A stretch of 64,000 bases of DNA, from the NCBI GenBank assembly GCA_036785375.1, contig JAWMAR010000396.1, positions 1,178,001 to 1,242,000 on the forward strand, in the 5' to 3' direction. The notes beneath the pieces are model-generated. The model saw only the letters and a program-made list of their open reading frames with translations. It had not been told where the DNA came from and did no database searches. Positions 25,601-37,033 of the stretch are shown piece after piece. A program made the translations under genes and the position numbers. Within the stretch, counting starts at the first letter, position 1, and every line of letters starts with the position of its first letter. This stretch comes from Leucoraja ocellata. Taxonomy: Eukaryota.

Positions 25601-26513
25601 CCAAGTTCTATTCCCTATTCTGCCCTTGCATATTAACATTCTGCACCCGCTGTACTTATGTGAGAGGACCAGACTCACTGTGCCACAGCTTCCTTCAAAT
25701 GTTCTCCATTCAACTAATTTAACTGTTAATCTTCATCTTTCTAAAATGAATAACCTCGCCTTGCCCTGCATTAAAGTCTATCTGTGCATTTTGTGCCTTC
25801 TCATCAACCCATCAATATCTCCTCATATACATCCTTTGTCCTCCTGGTAACTTGTCTTCACACATATTTATATCCACTGTACCCTCAATCCTTCCTCCAA
25901 GACATTCACACACATTGTAAACAATTGTATTTCAGCACAGCACTGATCCCAATGCCACCAACAGGTTGCAAGTAACCAGCCGGATAATGCCCCCCCCTTA
26001 TCCCTACCCAACATTTATTAGACCTATCTTCCTATTCCTATTAGCACATGAAGTAATCTGGAGATTACTACTCTCGAGGTCCTGCTTTTTAGCCTTGGTG
26101 GAAAGGAAATGCAGCACATTTATGACCGTTTATAGCGATAACGTGGAGGCAACCAGGGAACTATTGGATCTGGTTCTGGGCAATGAGGCAGGTTTAATAA
26201 ATGACCTCAGAATAACTGAGCCCCTGGCAAGCAGTGATCATAACATGCTGGAAATTTGTGCTCAGATTGAGTAAGGGAAAGTTGAGTCAGAAGCAACTGT
26301 GTTTTACTTAAGTAAAGGGAATTACGATGGAATGAAAAAAGACATAGAGTGGTAGAGTAACCCGGCAGGTTAGCAGCATCTTAGAATACAGATTGATTTT
26401 TGGTTGGGACCATTCTTCAGACTGGAAGAAAGGTCGCGATCCAAAAAGTTATCTATTCATATTCTCCAGCGATACTGCCTACAAATGCAGCCCCTGGTTT
26501 CTACAATGGAATA

Positions 26514-26821
26514 AGTTTAGACTTTAGAGATACAGCGCGGAAACAGGCCATTCGACCCATCGAGTCCACGCCGACCAGCGATCATCCCGTACACTAACAC
26601 ACTTTCCTGCATACAAGGGACAATTTTACAACCTATGGAAGCCAATTAACCTACAGATCTGTACGTCCTTGGAGTGTGGGGGGAATCTGGAGCACCCGGA
26701 GAAAACCCACGTGGTCACAGTGAGAAAGTACAAATTCCGTACAGACAGTACCCGTAGTCAAGATCAACCCGTGTCTCTGGCGCGGTGAGGCAGCAATTCT
26801 ACCGCTGCGTCACTGTGCCGC
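26514..26821 (-). mobile_element. HE1/V-SINE-like tRNA-derived SINE, near full length
   Basis: tRNA-like head with A/B-box remnants (TGACGCAGCGG, GGGTTGATC), central GGGTTTTCTCCGGGTGCTCCAG domain, CR1-like tail GCCTGTTTCCGCGCTGTATCTCTAAA. Confidence 0.85.
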
Positions 26822-27139
26822 TGAGTGGACTGGCTGGATAAATTAGCAGGAAGGCAGTCTGGCAACAGCAGCAGAAACTCCATGAGATGATTCATCTCAG
26901 TGAAAATATCTGCCAGTGAGGTGAAAGGATTCTAAGGGAAGGAAGGTTGTAAGTGGAAGGAAAAGTTGCAAAAGTTAGCAATAGACCGAAAGACTAAAAT
27001 AAATTCAGAATCCACAAAGGGGGACGTAAGATAATGAAGAGAGATATTAAACTATGGGGGAAAACTAGGGAAACAAAATCTCCCAAACATTCCCATACTG
27101 ACCTGCCCTCACACCCCCCCCCCCCCCCCCCTCCACCAT

Positions 27140-27490
27140 CAGAGTGAGACCACACGCAAACTGCAGGCACAGTATCTCTTAGACAGCCTACAATCCAGCG
27201 GTATTAATATTGATTTCTCTCATTTCAAGCAACCCTTGCATTCCCCCTCTCTCCGCACCCCGTTTCGCATCCCTTAGTTATCATCCCCTCCACAGCCAAC
27301 AGTGAATTGGAACAATGGACCATTGTGGTCATCGGTGCCGGCTCGGATCTGTTCTGTACCCTTTCATGCCTCTAGTTTCCCTCTCCCCCGATTCTGAATC
27401 TGAAGGACTCGACTCGAACGTCACCTATTTCTTTTCCCCAGAGATACTGCCTGACCCGCTGAGTTGCTCCAGCCTTTTGTGTCTATCTTC
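27140..27490 (+). mobile_element. Penelope-like 3' fragment (degraded)
   Basis: Endonuclease C-terminal remnant followed by the shared terminal unit ..GCCTGACCCGCTGAGTTGCTCCAGC. Confidence 0.7.
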
Positions 27491-27810
27491 AAAATAAAAA
27501 TTTCTTTCATAGGCCATTCCAGCGCACCAGCTCCAGTCCAAAACGGCAGAAATTCTCCACATCCCTCCACTTCTTGCTCCTCGTCTTTTCACAATTGTTC
27601 AAAGAACAACCATCTGTTTACCCCTTTACAGCTGTTTATTCCAGGTGTAACAATGTTCCCGAAGGAGGGATAATGGAGTAAGCTCAGTGGGGTAAACACT
27701 GGGGCTGGAGGGAGGGGCGGTCCGGGAGAGGTGTGAGCCGGTCCGAGGGAGGTGGGGGGTGAGCAAATTGGGGTGAACCGTAATGAGAGCGACGAGTCCG
27801 AGGGTGGGGG

Positions 27811-27923
27811 ATGATCCGGCCGGTCCGGGGCAGGGCACCGCCATGGTGGAGCCGAGACGACGGTTGCGTGAGGAAGCTTCTTTCCCGGGGACGGGCGGTG
27901 CCGCGACGCCGACTGTGGTCAAG
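27811..27923 (+). CDS. LIMS2: Candidate third LIMS2 alternative first exon
   Basis: CpG-rich patch. ATG at 27811 is open to an AAG|GTGGGG donor in phase 2, compatible with 29408. No homology recognised. Confidence 0.3.
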
Positions 27924-28109
27924 GTGGGGATTGCTGGCAGTGTTCTGTGTGCAAACACCAGCAGTCGTGCAGTGACTGGGTCTCCACATCAAACCCAGGG
28001 GCTGGGTGGGGCCAGCTGATCCTCACCTGTACTGACACAAGGCAGCTTTCACCAGCGCGGTGGGGTGGGGGGCGAGGGAGACACATTGATCTGCATATGC
28101 TAGTTAAAG

Positions 28110-28632
28110 CAAGGTACAAAGTGCTGGAGTAACTCAGCGGGTCATGCAGCATCTCTGGAGAACATGAACAGTTGACGTTTTAGGTCGGGACCCTTCCACA
28201 GTTTGATTTTGGGGATAAAGCTGGGAGAGAGGTGAGGTGGGACAAAAGCTGACCAAGTGATAGGTGGATACTGGTGGGGGGGGGGGGGGGGGTTGGGTGG
28301 AGTTTGATTAACAGATGGTTGGACAAAGACCAGAGGTGAAAAAGCAGAACGTGTGAGATAAGGAGGTAAGGAGAGAAATAGCATGACATGTGAAGCAAGA
28401 AAATTAAGTATAGGTGGAAGGGGATGGGAGAAGGTGAAAGGGTGAACTGAGTGCTTACACATTTGCGGCACATGGATGAGCAGGTAAAAATAGAGGGAAG
28501 GGGTGTTTGTAGATTAGTTATATACAATTGGAGAATTCAATTTGTTGGGTTGTAAGCTATCCAAGTGGACAATGAGGTGCTGTGCCTCCAGTTTGTGTGC
28601 GGCCTCATTCTGGTACAAAACAGGACAAAAGG
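28110..28632 (-). mobile_element. Penelope-like 3' fragment
   Basis: Terminal unit at the left end and endonuclease remnant at 28530-28630, as at 502-902. Confidence 0.7.
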
Positions 28633-28644
28633 GTAAATATGGGT

Positions 28645-28945
28645 AGGGAGGAACTGCAGATGCTGGTTTAAATCGAAGATGGACACAACAAGCTGGAGTA
28701 ACTCAGCGGGACAGGCAGCAGCTCTGGAGAGAAGGAATGGGTGAGGTTTTGGGTCGAGACCCTTCTTCAAACTGAAAGTCATGGGAAAGGGAAACCAAAG
28801 ATATAAACCGTCTTCGTTATATCTCCCATTTCCCTTTCCCGTGACTTTCAGTCTGACGAAGGGTCCCCACCTGAAAGGTCACCCAGTCCTTCTCTCCAGA
28901 GATGCTGCCTGTCCCGCTGAGTTTAGTTCAGCTTTTTGTGTCTCT
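28645..28945. mobile_element. Penelope-derived fold-back element (two inverted terminal units)
   Basis: 28682-28805 is approximately the reverse complement of 28818-28942. Confidence 0.85.
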
Positions 28946-29407
28946 CTAAGGTAAATATGGGAAAGCGGAAAGGAATCAGATGGGACTGGAGGTGGGATCA
29001 CATTGAAGACGGAGAAAGAGAGAGATGTAGTGGGAGAGGAAAAAGAACAGGGAGGGGAAGGGGGTTGAGGGGGAGAGTGAGAAGGTGACAGGGAGAGAAA
29101 GATGTAGTGGCAGGGAGAGGATGAAATGGGAGAAAGAGGGAGGAAAAGAAAGAAATATATGGTGAGGGAGGAGAAGGAGAAGAGAAAGAGAGGGTGGAGG
29201 AAGACTGAGTGAGGGAGGGAGGGGTACAGCAAGATGAGGGAGGGGGGGAGATGGAGGTACAGTGTCCTCTGACAGTCAGACACGCGGTGTGTGCGCCCTC
29301 ACCGGCCGGTTGGGCCCGGTGTTAGTGTATGATCAGTCCGCGGCCCGATGCTGTGCTCTGTGGACTGGTCTGGACTAACCAGTGTCCTCTCTCACCACCT
29401 TGTGCAG

Positions 29408-29567
29408 TAACATGGCGGACGCGTTGGCCAGTGCCACCTGTGGCCACTGCCGCTCGCACTTTGACCCCACGGAGCGGATTGTCAACAGCAATGGGGAGCT
29501 GTACCACGAGAAGTGCTTTGTGTGTGCGCAGTGCTTCCAGCAGTTCCCAGGAGGCGTGTTTTATGAG
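29408..29567 (+). CDS. LIMS2: LIMS2 exon 2 (LIM1 domain)
   Basis: TGTGCAG acceptor, GAG|GTAAGA donor. [53 protein letters not shown] = PINCH LIM1. Confidence 0.96.
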
Positions 29568-29899
29568 GTAAGACCCACACATCTTTCTCCCAGGGGCCGA
29601 CAGAGTCGTACGTTGAATCCCCAACAGAAGGTTATGCTGCAAGTGCTGAGAAATGGGATGAGTGTGGAGCTACTTGTGCCAGCATGGAGTCAGTGGGCCG
29701 AAGGGCTTGTTTCTGTGACTCTGGAACCAGGAACACTGGCTGGGCTGGGTCACTGATAAATAGAATTATACTGCAGATGCCGGAAATCTGAAATAAAAAC
29801 CGATAATGCTGGAAACACTCAACAGGTCATGCTGCATCTGCGATGACAGAAACGGGGTTAATGTTTCACATCCGGGATCTTTTTTCAGAACTGTGAAAG

Positions 29900-30145
29900 A
29901 GTCAATACGCTCAACTCCCCCCAACACATAACACCACTGGCCCATGCACGAGGGGCGATTTACAGCTGCTGATTAACCCACCAACCCACAAGCCTCTGGC
30001 ATGTGGGAGGAATCCAGAGCACCCTGTGGAACTCACACGGTCTCACAGAGAACATGCAACCTTCAAACTGACAGCATCCGGGGTCAGGATTGAACCAGGT
30101 TCTCTGGAGCTGTGATGCAGCGGCACTACCAGCCACGCACTATGG
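29900..30145 (-). mobile_element. HE1/V-SINE-like SINE (older copy)
   Basis: Similar to 26514-26821. Further copies at about 31683-32025(-), 34800-35020(+), 39560-39890(-), 48350-48660(+), 56125-56400(-), 58120-58235(-). Confidence 0.75.
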
Positions 30146-30396
30146 CACCCATTAAATGGCAGGAGTGTGCTCATCACGTTCCCAATGTGAACTCACGCTG
30201 CAGGTCCTTAGACCTTTCCTTCTTGTGCTTCACACCCTCATCTCTGGAGGATAATTCTGCAGACCCTCTCCCTCCTCTGATCAAAATGATTCCCAAGGCA
30301 CCAGGCTCCCCTTGAAACCAGCTATCTCTGCACCTGCCTGACATCCCCAGGCTCAGGGCTCCAGCGAGCTGATGATTCTTCTTTACTTTATTTCAG

Positions 30397-30463
30397 TTTG
30401 AAGGAAGGATGTACTGTGAACACGACTTTCAGATGCTGTTCGCTCCCTGCTGTGGACAGTGTG
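30397..30463 (+). CDS. LIMS2: LIMS2 exon 3 (LIM1 end / LIM2 start)
   Basis: TTTATTTCAG acceptor, G|GTGAGG donor, 67 bp. [22 protein letters not shown]. Confidence 0.96.
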
Positions 30464-31320
30464 GTGAGGACTTCATTCCAGCTGTTTGTCAGTGAGGATC
30501 AGTTTGTGTGCGTGCGTGCATTTGTGTGCGTGTGTGTAAGGCTGGTCACACCTGTTATGTATGTGTATGTCAGTTTATCTGTTTATATGAATGTGAATGT
30601 GTGGCATATCTACACGTGTTTCCATGTATGATGTGCCCTTGTGTGTATTTCACGTGCAAAATGTGCTGGTGTGTGTGTGCGTGATCTGCTGGTGTGCGTG
30701 TGTGTTTGTTTCGTGTGCATGATGTGCTGGGTGTGTGTATGTTCCGTGTGCGTGATGTGCTGGTTTGTGTGTTGTATGTGAGTGAAACACTTGTCTGTGT
30801 ACTCTACGTGTTGCGTGTACTTCTGTGCGTGTCTGCATGTATATATGAACGTGTATATAAGCAAACGTGCGTGGACACGGGTCTTTGTGCATGTGTACGT
30901 TCCCTTGCATCTCTTCATCTGTACCAGTCCCTTCCCTCTTCACCAAACGTATCCGCTCCATTGATATAATTTACCCTTTCCTCTCTGGTTCCTCCACCCT
31001 GCCTCCCCTGCAGAGATGATGACAATATTGGGAGGATAAGAAATGGGACCAATGTAGTAGATTAAACGAGTGGTTGATGGTCAGCATGAACTAAGTGGGC
31101 CGAAGGGCCTGTTTCCATGCTGTATCTCTTTATGTATCGTTTTTTCTGGTCATGTCTGTGACGGACTCCTGCAGGTCTGTGCGGGATGACCTTCACTGTT
31201 GTGTGTGGACATCCACATTCTACCTCCGCCCTACACTGTGGGAGAGGGAGGCAGTGGCACACGGCGGGATTGTTGCCGGCGTCTCGTGGGTATTCACTGC
31301 CTTTCCTTGTGCCTGTCCAG

Positions 31321-31441
31321 GAGAGTTTATCATTGGCCGTGTCATCAAGGCAATGAACAACAACTGGCACCCGGACTGCTTCTGCTGCGAGATCTGCTCG
31401 GTGGCCTTGGCGGACCTGGGTTTTGTGAAGAATGAGGACAG
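31321..31441 (+). CDS. LIMS2: LIMS2 exon 4 (LIM2 domain)
   Basis: TGTCCAG acceptor, AG|GTAGGC donor, 121 bp. [41 protein letters not shown]; NNNW and LADLG are LIMS2-type. Confidence 0.96.
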
Positions 31442-32344
31442 GTAGGCTCACAGCCCAGCGGGCAAGATAAACACACTGGGGTTTTCCGTGTCTGTGGAGG
31501 AGGGTCTCAGAGATCGCAAGTCCATGGGCCTGGAGGAGATCATCGGGCCTTGGTCTGGACACTCAAGGTGTGGTTGGCCATTATTTTGCATGGAAATATT
31601 TGATGTGTGACACAATGACAGAAACACTCACCAGGTCAGGCAGTGTCTGTGAGGAATGAAACAGAGTCAATATTTCAGCTGTTATAGAATCATTCAGGGA
31701 TACAGATGGGAAGTAGGCCCTTCGGCCCATCAAGGCCACGCTGGCCATCAACCACCCTTTACACTAATCTTACACTGAGCCCATTTTTAATTCATCCCTC
31801 TTGCTCATCAACTGCCCCTCGATCCTACCAATCACCCACCCACCCACAAGGGGAAATTTATAGTGGCCAATTAACCTACTAACCTGTATGTCTGTGGGAC
31901 ATGGGAGGGGAAACCCATGTGGTCATGGGGAGAACATATAAACTCCACGTAGACAGCACTGGAAGTCAGGATTGAAGACGGTTCTCTGTGAGGCAGCAGT
32001 TCGACTAGCCATGACATTGTGCCATACTTGATGGGTTTCTCTCTCCATGGATACTGCCTGACCAGCTGAGTGTTTCGGACTTGCTCCCAGCCTGAGCGTG
32101 GTTTCCCCTGGCAACAGTGAGCTGCACTTCCAATCGATTGAACAGAGCTGAGGTGTTGGTGTTGAAGGGGAGGGGTAAATATTGAGCTGGAACCTGAGTA
32201 AGCCTCTGCTTTTCCACAAATCCATAGCAGCTTGCTGAGGTAGAGCAGACCTCTGCTGAATGGTACATCAGCATTATGTCCTGCAATATTTGCCTGGACT
32301 GTAGTTCCAACTCCAAGCTGGTGGAGGCTCCATTCATATTAAAA

Positions 32345-32628
32345 GAACCAGGGGCCACAGTCTTAGAATAAAGGAGAGGTCACTTAAAACTGCGGTGAGA
32401 AAAAACTTTTTCACCCAGAGAGTTGTGAATTTATGGAATTCCCTGCCACAGAGGGCAGTGGAGGCCAAGTCACTGGATGGATTTAAGAGAGAGTTAGATA
32501 GAGCTCTAGGGGCTAGTGGAGTCAAGAGATATGGGGAAAAGGCAGGCACGGGTTATTGATCACAATGAATGGCGGTGCTAGCTCGAAGTGCCGAACGGCC
32601 TCTTCATGCACCTATTTTCTATGTTTCT
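32345..32628 (+). mobile_element. CR1 LINE 3' end
   Basis: Same 3' segment and tail as 13610-13903. Confidence 0.85.
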
Positions 32629-32667
32629 AAAAGGAAATGAGGTTACCAGCTGCCATTTTTCATCCGT

Positions 32668-32673
32668 TTTTAT
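32668..32673 (-). terminator. GPR17: Candidate GPR17 poly(A) signal (AATAAA on - strand)
   Basis: TTTATT on +. On the - strand it is preceded by U-rich sequence with TGTA motifs (32700-32820). Confidence 0.45.
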
Positions 32674-35600
32674 TCACAAATAACTTTTTACACACAAAGA
32701 ATTTTGATGATGCAGAAATGATGGTCTCTCCTTACTTTTCGAAAATGATAGTTAAGTTGTTAAAAAAAAGACAAATGTATCGATCAATGGAAATATTGTA
32801 CACAAATCAAAATAATATACAGGATAATCATTATCTGGGCAAACAGCAAAAAGCTTGGTCTGATCGTGCGGAGCAGGAAGTAGTCAGACCCTTGTGCCGC
32901 AGGATGGAGCTGATGTATCAGACTACACGTGGCAACAATACAGCTCTCTTGTAGTCTCTCTCACAGAACAAACATGATGAGTGCAAGTTGTTACACCGAG
33001 TGTAAGAGTGAGGGTCAGGTGTGTTATGACCAGAGTAACAGTGAGACCAAACAGAGGTTCGCTGATAAGACAAAAGTAAAAAAATATACAAAGTGATTGG
33101 TGCCAGCCATTGAACAACTCATACCGAGTCAGGTGATTGTGATAGAGGTGTAGAAGGTGTGAAAGGTTGAGGGTGTGCGTGAGAGGGGGGGGGGGGGGGG
33201 GGAGGGTGATTGTGAGGATGTGAAGGGTGGGGATGAGATAGGCTGGTTTAGCCACAGAGCCTGGGGGTGGAGTGTTGGCTGGGTGATGTACACTGAGAAA
33301 GCTGAGGTCAAGGAGCTGTAACACTGGGAGCGTTACAGATGGAATGGTGAAATATTGGGAATATCATCGGAGATAATATTGTAACACTGGGAATGTGATA
33401 TTGTGACTGAGAATTGTGATAGGGGTGTAATGCTAAGAGTGTTGGTGACAGTGTTTGTTGTACAAGGGTTAGACAGCAATTGTGCATTTTATGTAACTTT
33501 AAGTCCGGAGAATATGATTGTTATCATTTCTCATTGAACTGACTTAACTTGCAATGAGCAGGTATACAAAGTTAGGCATCGTATCATGGGCAGGGATGTG
33601 GGTTCCATGGTTTGCCTGGTGAGAGAAAACCTTCCAACGTTCCCACGTTGTCATCTACTGTAAAAAAATACCGGCATCCAATATCAAATAAGAGAAGAGG
33701 CTTAAACGACTCTTAGACGGGCAGGGATGTTGTGGAGGCTTTCCCAGCCATGCTAAAGGAAAGGACCAAAGCATGTGGGATAAATGGGACCAAGCCATCA
33801 ATGTCCAATCAATCCTCTCACATTAGTGCTGCCCCTCTGCCCACAGAGCTATATATGTGGGGCTACATACAGGAAGCCTATGTAAGTAGTCTGGAGTTTC
33901 CAATTAAGAAAACAAAAATCAGAGGTATGGGGCTGGAACTTTGATACTGTGTACGAACTGAGTATTAGAGATATCGGTTGCTGGTACAGGGAGAGTTATT
34001 GAAAATTAATTAAGATGCTGAAGCGTTATTGGAAGAATTGGTAATGAAGGGGACAGAGCGAGGATTCTCACTGGGAGGAGATGTTCAGCTGAAGGATTGG
34101 GACAGCCCTGACCATGATGGGCTGAATGGCATCACTGAGTGCCATGCTTGCAGTAATTGAACGGTACCCTTTGTTGAGTTGATTTCATTGTACAAGTTGA
34201 TTGCAAAATGCTGCTGGAAACTAAAACCAGCCGGAAAGGACTTTAGCTCCTTGAGGAACTGCAGAGTAAACATGGACCTGAACACAATGAAACTGAAGGC
34301 ATGTCAAAACCCACGCCCAACATTTGCTTTAAAAACTTACTTTTGCCTGCTGTCTGTGAGCAGTGGGAAAGAGCTGTGCATTTTGTAAAAAAAAAACAGT
34401 ACAACAGTACTGCTGCACAGAAAACAGTCCCACTGCAGGCAACCAATGTGCTGAAATAATTACCACACCATGTCACAAAGTCAACACAGGAAGAACAGTC
34501 AATGACAGGATATACTCAAGCAGCACACTAACCCTGCTGTAGACGGGTTCAGCCAATGTGTGGCCGCTTTGTAACATTTAACAGGATGTGGTGTGCATTT
34601 GTTTATTTTCTGGTGGATTTGGTCCATGACTCTACATGCTCAATGTCTTCCCAAAGCAAGGTGGACACATCGATCGACCCATTAGTTAGAGCTGATAACC
34701 AACCCCATAGAGATAGCAAACTGTGTGAAGGGGACCCGGTGTTGAAGTGGATTCAGTGGCAGGTTGATGCTAAGCAACAAGCAGCCAGGGAGCAGTTTCT
34801 TTGTACAGAGTTTGTACGTTCTCACCGTGACCACGTGACGTTTTCTCCAGGTGCTCCGGTTTCAGCCCACACTCCAAAGACATACAGGTTTGTAGATTAA
34901 TTGGCTTCAGTAAGTTGTAAAAATTGTTCCTAGTATGTAGGATAGTGCAAGTGTACGGGGTGATCGCTGGTGGGTCGAAGGGCCTGTTTCCGCACTGTAT
35001 CTCTAAAGTCTAAAAAGTCTAAGGTAAAGATGATCAGATCCCATGCAGCACTGGCTGACCTGGGGAGGTGAAGAAGAATCCATCGCTCAATGGGATTCTG
35101 CACTCTGCCTGGGGAAAGAAGCTTGCTTTGATTTCTTCCTTCAGTTTGACAAATGCCCGTAGACTGACTCTACGTTTAACTTTACAAGTTAAAGAACATT
35201 TTGCAGGGCAATTGTGCTAATTCCAAGAGCCCAGCTTGACACTTGCTGGAAGGGTCTGTAGCACAAGAACTTTGTACCCCTCCCGCACTGCCTCCAGAAG
35301 AGGGAAAGTAGTCTTCTGGGTTGTTTCCCATCCTCCTGCCCTGTGGCTGGCTGTTCCCCAGTTGGCCGAGGGATCCGTTGTATAATTCACGTGCAGAACA
35401 ACTGAGAAAACTACATCCCCAACTTGCCCACCCGACTGTCCATCCCCACCCACCGCCCACCCCGCTCCCACACCCTGCACCACCACCTCACCCCACGGCA
35501 GCTCAGGGAAAGTTTGTGTTGATGATTCCAGCATCACCATTTTTTTTACAGTTAGCTCCTTCATTTAGGTTGTCTCTCAATGTCAAGATCAGCGACACAG

Positions 35601-36195
35601 GTCCATAAATGCAGCTGCTGTTACTGTGTCCATCTGTGATGTCACCTAGAATAGGATATTTCAATGATAACATCTGCCGAGTGCCAGCCTCCAAAAAATC
35701 AGGTATCGTCCTGGGTCTATTCAGAGTTTCACAGATGAGTTCTTCCACACCTATCTCCGTCTCACTCCAAACGCCAACTACAGTCCCACAGGTGTGATTT
35801 CACAATGGCTACAGGTTCAGCACTGCGGACCCATTGGGCTGTCTCTGGTGTCACACTGATTCACATCAAATCGATTTGCATCATCAGATGCACTCTTCAG
35901 CATGTCCATATTGTAATGACTTAGATATTCACCTTGTGAATTAACAAATTCAACTTAACTGCTTAACAAATACGCGCAGACATCAATCTGACACACAAAC
36001 ACAACAACTACCACTACACACATACAAACCTTGTATACAACAACCTTGCACCTACACTACAATCACACGCACTTACCAACATAGACTCCAACCTCTCACA
36101 CATACTTCTACCTCACATTCATACACACCAACCAAACACATACTAAAAACATATACATGTCTCTCACTCACACACGCAACAATCTGTCAAACCAA

Positions 36196-36690
36196 ATGTG
36201 TGGGAAGGAATTGCAGATGTGGGTTTAAACCGAAGATAGACACGAAAATCTGGAGTAACTCAAGCGGGTCAGTCCAAACGCAAATTGGAGGAACAGCATC
36301 TTATATTGGGTAGCTTACAACCCAGTGGCATGAATAGTGATTTCTCTAACTTCAAGTAAGCCATGCATCCCCTCTCTCTCCATCCCCATCCTCATCATCA
36401 TAATGGTTTCACTGTTGTCCTGTTGAGTTTCACTAGTTGTACAACTTGTTATTACTTAGCCTAAGCCAACTATGGACCATTGTGGGCTCCACCTTTGTTT
36501 GATCATCGTTACTTTTTGCATATCTTTCATTCATTCGTTCTATCACTCTCTAAATCACAATCGATATCTCTCATTTCCCTTTCCCCGACTCTCAGTCTGA
36601 AGAAGGGTCTCGTCCCGAAACGTCTCCCATTCCTTTTCTCCAGAGATGTTGCCTGACCTGCTGAGTTACTCCAGCTTTTTGTGTCTTTCA
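36196..36690 (+). mobile_element. Penelope-like 3' fragment with an inverted terminal piece at its 5' end
   Basis: RKLEEQHLILGSLQPSGMNSDFSNFK* remnant at 36279-36359, terminal unit at 36590-36690, inverted partial copy at 36196-36271. Confidence 0.8.
36597..36624 (+). ncRNA. Minimal hammerhead ribozyme-like core in a Penelope terminal unit
   Basis: CTGAAGA-A-GGG-TCTCGT-CCC-GAAA-CGTC: CUGANGA and GAAA boxes around a 3-bp stem II, then GUC. Stem I pairing is weak. Confidence 0.55.
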
Positions 36691-36730
36691 TTGAATCACT
36701 CATACCAGCCTGACACACACTAGTCTCACA

Positions 36731-36844
36731 CACACAACATGCTCACATACATAGACATGCCCAAACTCCACCCGCAAATGCACACACACACGCACACGCA
36801 CACATGCCAACATGCTCACATACATAGACATGCCCAAACCCCAC

Positions 36845-36932
<88 letters not shown>

Positions 36933-36968
36933 CATGCTCACATACATAGACATGCCCAAACTCCACCT
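36731..36968. repeat. (CA)n microsatellite embedded among three copies of a ~38-bp unit
   Basis: CAACATGCTCACATACATAGACATGCCCAAA x3; pure (CA)n at about 36848-36930. Confidence 0.9.
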
Positions 36969-37033
36969 GACACACCATTCACACCCCCTACTGGCTGACT
37001 GTGGTATCGGGGGGCAGTTGCTCAGCGGCAGAG

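Noticed and set aside
26755-26821. tRNA-like sequence
   Set aside because: It is the head of a SINE, continuous with the SINE body and tail; no complete cloverleaf.
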